Below are positions 1-9,088 of a stretch of 34,320 bases of DNA, piece by piece (position 1 is the first letter of the stretch; each line of letters begins with the position of its first letter). A program made the position numbers and the translations under genes. The DNA lies in NCBI GenBank assembly GCA_965644295.1, contig CBFFRP010000224.1, positions 1 through 34,320 on the forward strand, given 5' to 3'. This stretch comes from Paraphysomonas bandaiensis. Taxonomy: Eukaryota; Protista; Chrysophyceae. The notes under the pieces are model-generated. The model made no database searches. It was not told the origin of the DNA and saw nothing but the letters and a program-made list of their open reading frames with translations.

Positions 1-191
1 GAGTGTTGTATGATTTCACTTTCTTTCTTTACACGTTTTAACGTAATTTAATTCATTCTATACTCGCGGTTTGCTTGTGTTAGGAGGCAGTTTCACCGGT
101 TTGGTGTTCTGGACAGTGTATTCTCGGTTTGGGAAGCACTTTAAATTAATAAAACGTTGTAAACACGGTCTTTCTCATCAGAAAGATTACA
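1..191 (+). mobile_element. 3' part of an LTR from a related Gypsy element, inserted in opposite orientation into the integrase of the 192-4735 element
   Basis: Ends in ...AGAAAGATTACA at 191. Its reverse complement aligns by eye with 4280-4480: TGTAATCTTTCTGA vs TGTGATGTTTCTGA, plus shared AACGTTTT..ATTTA.AGTGC, TACACTGT, GCAAACCGCGA and TAAAACGT. Pol homology stops exactly here, after GHHG. Confidence 0.85.
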
Positions 192-2588
192 ACCATGATG
201 CCCCATACGACCGTTATGAACCAAATCAAACGCTTCCTTAACTGATTTAGGCCGTAAATTTTGACTCGCTAGTTCTTCCAGAGCTGCTATGATCTCTGAA
301 GAAAATACAGCACAACATGCTATATCATCTGATTCAGAACTCCATTCTCCTATACAATTTAATTCAATCAGTTGATCCTCCGGTAGCAAATCTGTATTCT
401 CAAATATAACAATTTCCCCATATATTAGACTCTCCTCAGGAAAACAGTCTATACTTATGGACAACAACATAACATGAGCCACAGCCGATTCCTGATCTTT
501 ACGAGATAACCAATCAGCAAATCTGTTTAACTTTCCCTTGAAATGAAGCAAGTCGAAATTGAAATTCTGTATAAACATCCGCATGCGTACTATTCTGTCA
601 ACAACCGAAACTTCCATCCATTTAAGATTGGCGTGATCCGTCATGATCGTGAACTTTTTACCTCTCAAATAATACGACAAAGCATATACACAAAAGAATA
701 TTCCAAAACACTCCTTGTCAATAGTGGACCACTTCAATGTTGGTTCCGAAAATTTCTTCGACACCATTGCAATTACTTGATAGAATTCTTGACCATTGGC
801 GTCAATAAAAATTTGTAACAACACACCTCCACATGCATAAAACGAAGCATCTGTCATCAAGATCCATCTTAAAGAGTAGTCGGGATGATACAGAGTAAGA
901 GATTTTAAAATCGCCTCTTTAAATCTACTAAATTCCTCCCTGTAATTTACTTTCCAACAGTTTTCATTCCAGTCAAAATTCTTCTTCGTCATGTCATGTA
1001 ACTTATGAGTAAGGTCACTATATAACGGAATAAAAGGTTTAAAATATATTGCCGCTCCAAGAAATCTCTGCATTTGTTTCGTCTTGTTTTTCCCTTCTGG
1101 AAATTCAATTGCAGTTACTGATAATTTTCGGGCCTCAGTTAATTGGTAAGTGTTGTCCTTACAAAGATAGCCGAAAAATTCCACTGATGAATAGCCAAAT
1201 TTGCTTTTCGACAATTTCAACACGACGTTATAATAAGTACATTTTTTAATAACTTTCTTGAACTTCTCAATAGCATCCTGATAGTCATGCGCTAACACCA
1301 GTAAGTTGTCAAATATCACTACCATCCACTCTGAGAATTCATTGAAAATATCAGACACTACATGCATCAAAACTCCACTTGCCGGAGAAACTCCCTCTGG
1401 CATAAACTTTGGTTCGAACTGGCCCCATGGAGTTTGAACTGACAACAGTGCTGAAACTGATTCATGAAGTCTAATCCCATGGAAAGCATTACAAATATCC
1501 AAATCAATGAACACCTTATACCCAGCTGCTTTATGTAATTCTTTTATAACATCTGGTATGGGATAATGCGGACTTTCAATCTCTAAATTAACACGCCTGT
1601 AATCACCACATATTCGAATAAAAGGTTTCGTAGCCTTGGGTGCTACTACAATTGGAGATGCATAAGGACTCGTACTGGGACGATAAAAGTATCCGCACAT
1701 CCTATTGAACTCCTCCTTCGTACGTTCATATAACATAGGTGGTATCCTTCTCATATTCTTGGGTTTAATTCTATCAGGAATAGTACTTTTCACCTTTAAT
1801 TTTAACTCAGGAACATGCTGAATTCCAGTCCACTCTCTAGGAACAAAAACATCAACTGCATCCTCTCTCAAAACTCTCAATATATCAGTTTGTTGAGCGA
1901 AATCAGGATGTACTTTTGATTCTAGTTCACTAAAATATTTCTCCCTAGCCTCATTCACTGACTGTTCCAAAAAAGTCACTAAACTTCCAAAACTACATGG
2001 TTCAGGAATCATATCATCTTCCTCTGACTGTTCTGGAATTGGATTCTCCCATGGATTACAGACTGGTCCTGACGACATATATCTCCTAAGTTCGTCAATG
2101 TCATCCCCAATATTGGCAAGAACTTCTATTTCACTTAAATTAACAGATTGTTCAACACTCAGTGATGCTTTCTTAATCATATTCATAAATAGTTCGGAAA
2201 AATGCTCACAGATTGCCGGTAATCCTATAATAATGTCCTTTGCCAAACCGTCCAAAACATACAGTGAAAGTTGTGCTTTGTAGGTCTTACCATCATCTTC
2301 GAAAGCAATTGTAACAGGAATATACCCTTGTAGTTCAATCTGATGTCCGTCTGCTACTTTGACCCTCAATTTTTTATGTACCATATCCTTTAACAATTTG
2401 TCCCCACACTTCTTAACAAAATTTGATGAAATAAAATTATCCGAAGATGATCCGGAATCAAATAAAACCATTTCCACATTAATCTTATCACCACAGTTAT
2501 TTATTATCATTCCTTGCCTATGTACAGCATTACGAAATCTGCTGGAAGTATCATTGTAATTTCGCATAGCTGCTATCACTGATTGTGC
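192..2588 (-). CDS. pol: Gypsy Pol: aspartic protease, RT, RNase H and the start of the integrase Zn finger, interrupted at 192
   Basis: Protease VLFDSGS. RT motifs SPYASPIVVAPK, RICGDYRRVN, DLDICNAFH, MPEGV, VIFDNLLV and VEFFGY. RNase H motifs TDAS, KECF, TDH and ADWLSR. Integrase HNGRMGHHG. The frame is open directly after the gag TGA. Confidence 0.93.
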
Positions 2589-4211
2589 TCAAAGGTCATC
2601 CAAAGGATTGTCATCTCCTTGTTGATCCTCTTCAATATCAAGTTGATCTCTGGTAAGGATACGTACATCTCCAGGACGCTTAACATCACCTGGATTCCTT
2701 TTTAATTGCCCTGGGTTACCACCAAAACGGCGTTGAGGAGGCGTTGTTAGACTTGGCCTTGGCATTACCACCATACCCATTTTCGTGTTCATGACTTTCA
2801 AAGCATCAATGAGAATAGCCTTATCATGAGAAAATTTACATGATTTGTCTTTGCAACCTCCCTCTTGCATCATTTCTCTAAAACATGGAGCAGATTTCTG
2901 TGCTTCAACAGTTGCCAGCAAATCCTCTTCATGTTTTAGTACGCATAACTCATCATCAATAATTTCCTCCTCGTCACAATACTCATTTACGTCATCAACA
3001 TGTTTGAGTTCCTTAACTTTCTTATTATCCTTATCACTCGAAAACTTAAATCGACTCTTAAACTGATTATACTTCTCATGTAATTCTCGAGTAATTTTCC
3101 AGATTTTAAAAAACTCAGACAAAAACAGTTGCACAGAAGTAAAGTTTTCTGTCCTCAAAAGTCTTCTGAAAGTATCACGCATGCAATAAGGAGTCAAACT
3201 AAACCATTCAGCTAAAGAACCACCTCTCTTAGTTGTAATCAGAGGAATACTATCTCTCAGGTCATTCTGCTTGGCTGCTTCCTCTAGAAACTCATACCTC
3301 TGTAAGAACTTAGTTTCCAGAATACAAAGATCCTCGTCAACCTTACGAAAATTCTCCAACTTTTCCATTGAGACTTTATACGACTCACATGACGAAGCTA
3401 ACATTTTGTTGAATTGCATCACATCAAATGGCCTAAAATGACGTCTTGCTGCCGCAATAAGATCCGTAATACTGGCATCATTACATTCAATCTGACTAGG
3501 ATACACATTGGGTTTAATTTCCTTAAGAGTATGCCTAATCAACTCCTTAGCCCTTCCATCCAACAACGCATAAACTGATGGTATAGGTCTATTACGATTC
3601 ATTTTCTCAAACTCCGCAATTTTCTCCAAAAACACCAAGAAACCATCAAGAGTAATTACTGACAGCTTTATACCATACTTCTTTGGATCCTTTTCTGCTG
3701 CTACTGTAACCTCACTTGAACCGTTTCTCTCAATTTCCTGTAAAGCTTCTTGCAATGTAAGACGCTGATGTGTACCCACTGGCCGCTCATCTTCTGATTT
3801 AAGAGCCAATGTCGCATTCATAACACCTTCACGCACAGCATTCTCAATACGTGTCTGCAACAAATCAGGGTCTATATACTGCTGCTCACGCTGTTCAATT
3901 GCTGTAACTACAGGCTCTAGTCCAACAACTTCATTACCATTTGATTTCGACTCTTCGAATGGTATTTCTGAGAACTGATCAGCTTGTACGATTTCTGAAT
4001 TTGCTCTCGATGACCTTCCAGACCTCCTCTGTCGAAGCTCCTCGAGACTCTGTTGAACATACTGATTGAACACCTGTTGCTCGTGATAACGTTGCTCATT
4101 ACGTTGTTCACGTTGCTCATTACGTTGTTCTATATTATCCAAACGCTGAAACAGTTGCTGGATATACAGTGGAATCCGCTCCTCCTCAGCTCCATCATCT
4201 GTTCCCTCCAT
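2589..4211 (-). CDS. gag: Gypsy Gag with an N-terminal coiled coil and a CCCH zinc finger
   Basis: Long ORF between LTR and pol, first ATG at 4211. Contains EQRNEQREQRNEQR repeats and C-x9-C-x4-C-x3-H at 2826-2885. Confidence 0.85.
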   Translation of the reverse strand: MEGTDDGAEEERIPLYIQQLFQRLDNIEQRNEQREQRNEQRYHEQQVFNQYVQQSLEELRQRRSGRSSRANSEIVQADQFSEIPFEESKSNGNEVVGLEPVVTAIEQREQQYIDPDLLQTRIENAVREGVMNATLALKSEDERPVGTHQRLTLQEALQEIERNGSSEVTVAAEKDPKKYGIKLSVITLDGFLVFLEKIAEFEKMNRNRPIPSVYALLDGRAKELIRHTLKEIKPNVYPSQIECNDASITDLIAAARRHFRPFDVMQFNKMLASSCESYKVSMEKLENFRKVDEDLCILETKFLQRYEFLEEAAKQNDLRDSIPLITTKRGGSLAEWFSLTPYCMRDTFRRLLRTENFTSVQLFLSEFFKIWKITRELHEKYNQFKSRFKFSSDKDNKKVKELKHVDDVNEYCDEEEIIDDELCVLKHEEDLLATVEAQKSAPCFREMMQEGGCKDKSCKFSHDKAILIDALKVMNTKMGMVVMPRPSLTTPPQRRFGGNPGQLKRNPGDVKRPGDVRILTRDQLDIEEDQQGDDNPLDDL

Positions 4212-4279
4212 AACACTCAAAATGAATTAAACTCAACAATATTCAATGTTTACTGTTCTTCTACTCAGAGTAATATTAC

Positions 4280-4735
4280 TGTGATGTTTCTGAGAACTAG
4301 AAACACGTGAAAGACAAAAAGCTCTTACTAAAAACGTTTTAACAGATTTAGAGTGCACGCCAGCGGGCTGCTACACTGTTAAGTCTACCAGCGGGTAGAA
4401 CTCCTCCACACAAACGCAAACCGCGAATGAGCTTAATTGAATCGTTATTAAAACGTTATATAGAAAAGAATGAGTAACACAGCTATACATCTCTACAGTG
4501 TAACACACACATACACATACATCATGTTCAGCATTTCACTTCAACACACAACACACCCGATTAGAAGTATTTTATCCGGTATGCATGTACAGCTTCAACA
4601 CTCTGAGAGTAGAAACTGAAAATAAAACTGAAAACTGAAAATACTAACACACTCTGTACGTGTTAGAGAGTACAACAGAAGAGTAACATATCATACTACT
4701 AATAACGCAGTATAAGTAACCAGTACTGCGTGACA
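4280..4735 (-). repeat. 5' LTR (456 bp) of the Gypsy element
   Basis: TG...CA termini with a short imperfect inverted repeat (TGTCA/TCACA). The 3' end matches the paralogous LTR end at 191. Host-like coding sequence resumes at 4736. Confidence 0.85.
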
Positions 4736-5460
4736 TCTATTTTGAATGCGTCATATAGCTACACTTCTTCATTGATGACTCTTTCCGGAGCCGTCAACTC
4801 CCTTGATGCTGTTGCAGAGGCAGCGGTGTTATTTCGTTCTCAGGGTCATAAAAGTTGGAGTTCCACTCGTGATATTGTTGACTTGCTTGGTACATACGGT
4901 AGTACTATCACGGGATTGATGGAAGCAAGTGAGAGTTCTGTGGAAACAGTGGCCAATATGTTTCGGATTACCACGACTTTTTATATTCCTGGGAGTGAGA
5001 CACCCATCGTGATCCCGCAAACGAACATTGAACATTTCATGAATGTTTCTCCGATTTCTGTGATCTTGTCTTCTGAAAATGTAACAAATTATCAACGCGT
5101 TGTGTTGATTAATCTAAAATCAACGCTCTATAAAGACTTCAACAATTTTTCATCTGATGTTATGCGAATAAAGTTGATAGGTGATGACTCGCCCTCAATG
5201 ACCATTGCATTAAGAAACTTTAATACCGAGATACCACTTGCGCAGAGAAGCTTCGTACTGAATACCACATGCGCTGAGAGTGATTTTTCTGTTCATAATT
5301 TGAATTGTCCAAGTGTCAATGGTGATATTAGAGTCACACATATATGCAACGGCTCTTTTGCTACAATTGAAACCCACTGCCCTATTGTGGAGTGGCAGCG
5401 ATCTTGCAAAGTACTAGACGGGGGAGCTGACTATAGTTGCTTTATGAAGTCATTTTCTCA
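4736..5460 (+). pseudogene. Internal fragment of a host Ser/Thr- and Cys-rich extracellular protein (possibly REJ/GAIN-GPS-like), cut at both ends by retroelements
   Basis: Open frame with spaced Cys (TTCAES..NCPS..HICNG..HCP..SCKV..SCFMKSFS). The left edge is the Gypsy LTR end and the right edge runs into antisense Copia gag. The family guess is weak. Confidence 0.5.
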
Positions 5461-6232
5461 AGTAAAAGATGGAATTTCTGAAGCGCCTTCGAAGATGATT
5501 GCACTGCCTCTCTACAGTACGAATACGCTATGGCATTCGCCTTCCAGTACTTCTTCACAGCCTGTCTGTAAGACTTCTCCTCCATTAACGTGAGTGGCTA
5601 TTCCCCGAAGTCGCTCTCCTTCGGTAGTGGCTCCACCGCTACCTCACTTTGCTCTTTCCTCATGAGGAACGTTTCGAAGTCTTCAATCCATTGTTCAACA
5701 TTGCTCTCATTAAACTGTGGGACTACTCCTCTATCCTCCTTCTCTTCTCCTCGCTCGCTACCATATTGAGAATTGCTCATTTTAAGCTAGATCACAGAGA
5801 GAATTTGTCGTAAGACTAGATAGATTTATTAATATCGTTTACACGAAGTTGTGATAACCAACACTAACTCATTATAATCCCTGCATAATATCCTACATAT
5901 GCGAACCTCTCGTTACTGAACATATCTTGAAAGATCAAACAATTTCAGTTTCTCAATATCATCACAGCATTTGTACATCACTATATTTCACTGTATTCTC
6001 GTACATTGTCTTCAAGTGACATACTGAATATACTAGAATAAGATCCATATTCTAATATTCTTCGACTAACGGTCATAATTCCAAAACCTTAGAATTACAG
6101 CTTTTAATTGCTCCAACAGCAAAACTCAACACTCCCTCTCAATTCAAAGCTGTAGATTGAATCTTCAAACCATGAGACATAACTGATGGGTAGAATTACA
6201 GCTTTTAATTGCTCCTACAACAAAACTCAGCA
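5461..6232 (-). mobile_element. Degenerate Ty1/Copia-type relic: LTR stub, PPT, LTR, PBS, truncated gag
   Basis: PPT TTGAGAGGGAG (6142-6132) abuts TGTTGAG. PBS TGGTAGCGAGC at 5763-5753. Gag reads MSNSQYGSE..VPQFNESNVEQWIEDFETFL..*..YWKANAIAYSYCREAV, a Copia-like N-terminus with one in-frame TAG. Confidence 0.8.
5764..6131 (-). repeat. Copia-type LTR (368 bp)
   Basis: Imperfect terminal inverted repeat TGTTGAGTTTTGCT...AGCAATTCTCAATA, flanked by PPT and PBS. Its first 42 bp are duplicated at 6191-6232 with 3 mismatches. Confidence 0.8.
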
Positions 6233-6530
6233 TACCACTGTAACTGAAAATGACCTTAGTTAGCAAGTTATTAAAGTTTTGGTAGACAAGTTTTACTCCA
6301 ACAGAAATAACTCATTGCAAATAATAAGTAAGCTATTATAATAAAGAATTATTTCTCACTACGTACTAGGCGAATAAGATTTTCAAACTTTATCTTAAAA
6401 TGCAGTGAACTATCATATATTATGAGTGAATTTTTTCAGTCAAGCGAATGATTATCAAACGCATAACACATTGTCAGTTGAGACTCATTCAATCATATTT
6501 CGTCATTGAGAGTTTATAGAATTACGCAAT

Positions 6531-8144
6531 TCATACGCATTGCGCGAAAGATTTATGTCCTTGAACAATACCAGCAGCCTTACCAGCGACAAGTGCGACC
6601 TGGCCAAATAGTGCATTTGCCTGCACCACAACATTCGCACCGAGTACAGACTTGGACATACCCAGCGCGTTGAACAGAGCGTAGGCACCACGGTGAATAT
6701 TGTAGAACGCATTTGCAGCAGCGTGATTGACACCGAAGGAAGATGCAACCACGCCGTCAACAACAACCTTTCCACTTGTCTCAGAGGTGATTATAGTGTA
6801 TGTACCATTGCCAGTGGTCTGAGAGACGAAAAGCACCTCCTCCACACCTTGGATGGTATTCACACACATACCCGAGTGGATCTCATCAGCACGAACAAAC
6901 GACATCTCTGAGGCTGCAGTTTTGCAATCCCCTGCAGGCAATAAGTGCTCCTTGGTCATACGTACAGCATTGCCTGATGAGGTCTTAACGGAAACGAATG
7001 TGGCAATTTCAGTGTTCTGCTGGTGAGGGACAAACACAACATCAGCAAATACTTTGTCGCCATTGGAGTTGATTGTGAGAACACGATCGCCCACAGAGAT
7101 AGCAGCAATAGGCTTGGTTTCACCGGACTCCAGCACCACTGAACTCTCACCAGAGAAGCAGGCGCTGTCATCATCGCCGTCATCATCGCCGTCATCATCG
7201 TTGCAGTATTCGGTATACACTCTCTGGTCATCATCATATGCACCACAACTTAAAAGATCAAAGCTTACTGATACTGAATTTCCAGTACAGTCAGTACTAC
7301 TATAATAGTACTGATAGTTCTTGCAAGAGTTATATTTGAGAGAATCAGACCCGTAATCGAAGCAGAATCCGATATCAAAAGATTCGTATTCAACAGCTTC
7401 CGATGTTCCTGATGCACACTCGGTGGGATCTTCATATGTACTGTAATTATGTTTATAAGGTTGTTAAGTTAAAGTACAAATGAATCTCACATTTTGGACA
7501 CAGAGTTTTCATTGCTCTTCCATGGTTGCTCGTTGGTTGTACACGTCACAGTGACAAAAGGATAATAATCGTCATCATCGTAATAGTAATCGTCGTCATC
7601 GAGAAGAGCACAGCCCGTATGTGTATCACTATCGGTGGTTTCAGCTCCTGTGCAGTCATCTGAGGTGGTCCAGTCATGTTCTGTCAGTGTTACTGTGCCG
7701 GTGGAGTCGTCCACACTGCAAGAGTATGATACAGAGACACCACTACCGTAGGAGTAGCAGGTTCCCAGATGAATACCTACATAAGTACAACCCGTGACAA
7801 AATGTCCATAGGGAGCATTCTATATCACACTCACCATATTCTTCTGGAGACACGTCACATGCACTCGTGGCGTGATGCTTGGCAATCAAGTATCCCGTGT
7901 CAAGGGATGCCAGCTTACGAGTCAACACAGCATCTTCCGCCACTTCACTGGTCTTCTTAGCCGCATTCTGTGCATTGGCAAGGCTCTGGTGAATGTGATT
8001 CTCCAGGACGGCCTTGAGAGCCTTGGTTTGACTGGAGCGCATCTCAGTTAAGGCATCGCCTGCAGACTGGGCTTGCAGGGCTCCATGCGGGGAAGCGCCC
8101 TGCACCAGTTGAGCAGCGAAGAGCACAGCAGCAGTCACTAACAT
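6531..8144 (-). CDS. Secreted Hedgehog/intein (Hint/Hog) domain protein, 501 aa, 3 exons (8144-7835, 7776-7491, 7440-6531)
   Basis: Signal peptide MLVTAAVLFAAQLVQG. Two GT-AG introns join the frames. Two Cys repeats and Asp-rich linkers precede the Hint motifs SA|CFSG, ISVGDRVLT, MTKEHLL and VVVDGVVASSF, followed by an SRR-like tail. Confidence 0.92.
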
Positions 8145-8456
8145 ACTTCACAAAGCGGTGGAAAAGTAACTGGATGGGCAATTGTGATTGAGAGATATGA
8201 TTCATCTCTCAAAACAGAACAGAACAGAACAAAAAAAGATACCATTACTAGTGATGTGATACAGGCCATTCTTTTGAAAAAGATATGTTTTTTTGTGTGT
8301 TCTCGATCCGAACAACTGTTTTTTTTTGTGATATCTAGATATAAAGTCCAAAACTGTCATTGGATGCGTCTACGACGTGGAATTTCCCATGCCCTATCTA
8401 CGTGGCTATAGTATCACGCTATTGAGTCATATGCATGGTTACATTGTTGGTTTAGG

Positions 8457-8493
8457 ACCCTCTATCAGAGCCCTCTATCAGAACCCTCTATAT
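8457..8493. repeat. Short tandem repeat (CCCTCTATCAGA, about 2.5 copies)
   Basis: accctctatcagagccctctatcagaaccctctatat. Confidence 0.8.
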
Positions 8494-8686
8494 CGCTTCA
8501 GGACTATCATGTTCTTTATGCACTGCACCACCATTTCGATTTTCATAATGTACCACTAGTGGACCTGTATATATACTGAACCAACGTTTATGATATCCAA
8601 TTGTATCTGCTGATGATGATGTACGACTATGATCTGCTGCTGGTGACTTCTACCAATTATGTGGTCCTGTATTCTTGGTATAGCAG

Positions 8687-8708
8687 ATACATACATACAT
8701 ACATACAT
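8687..8708. repeat. (ATAC)n microsatellite
   Basis: atacatacatacatacatacat. Confidence 0.9.
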
Positions 8709-9088
8709 GTATTACAAGTACGAGAAAGGTGATGAGAAAGGCCAAAAATCATGAAAAAGTATCTTAATTCCATAACTTTTTAATTTCAGTAATCGAAATA
8801 CTGTGATTTTAACACGAAATAGTCCATTTAATGCTGAACATTTCGTTATATTGGACTTTATGGTGACTCTGTCTGTGTCGTGAGATTTGGGCACTCAAAA
8901 ATCAAGAATGTTGTTTTCGGAGCAACAAATAAACTCGAGGACGATCTTCCCACCTGCAGAATACACTGTATATTCAGCTTGAAGCCATACGACCCCAAAT
9001 AGCATAACATCGTAGAGCACGCTCTCGGCTACCTGACCATACCCTCCGCTACTCTCAGGGGCTCCTAGATGTCGAGGAAAAAATTATT

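Larger units (their letters stand above)
192..4735 (-). mobile_element. Ty3/Gypsy LTR retrotransposon (5' LTR, gag, pol as far as the start of integrase)
   Basis: LTR TGTCAC...ATCACA, then gag, then pol in PR-RT-RH-IN order, which is diagnostic of Ty3/Gypsy. Confidence 0.95.

Noticed and set aside
141-191. C-terminal CNLSDEK..LLI as part of the integrase zinc finger
   Set aside because: It derives from the inserted inverted LTR, so the Cys is fortuitous.
4730-5593. 287-aa ORF as a complete gene
   Set aside because: It is chimeric: the GTG start lies in the Gypsy LTR end, and the last ~44 codons are antisense Copia gag.
6531-7160. True intein or Hedgehog ortholog
   Set aside because: No C-terminal His-Asn/Cys splice junction and no Hedge domain; it is a Hog-type Hint.
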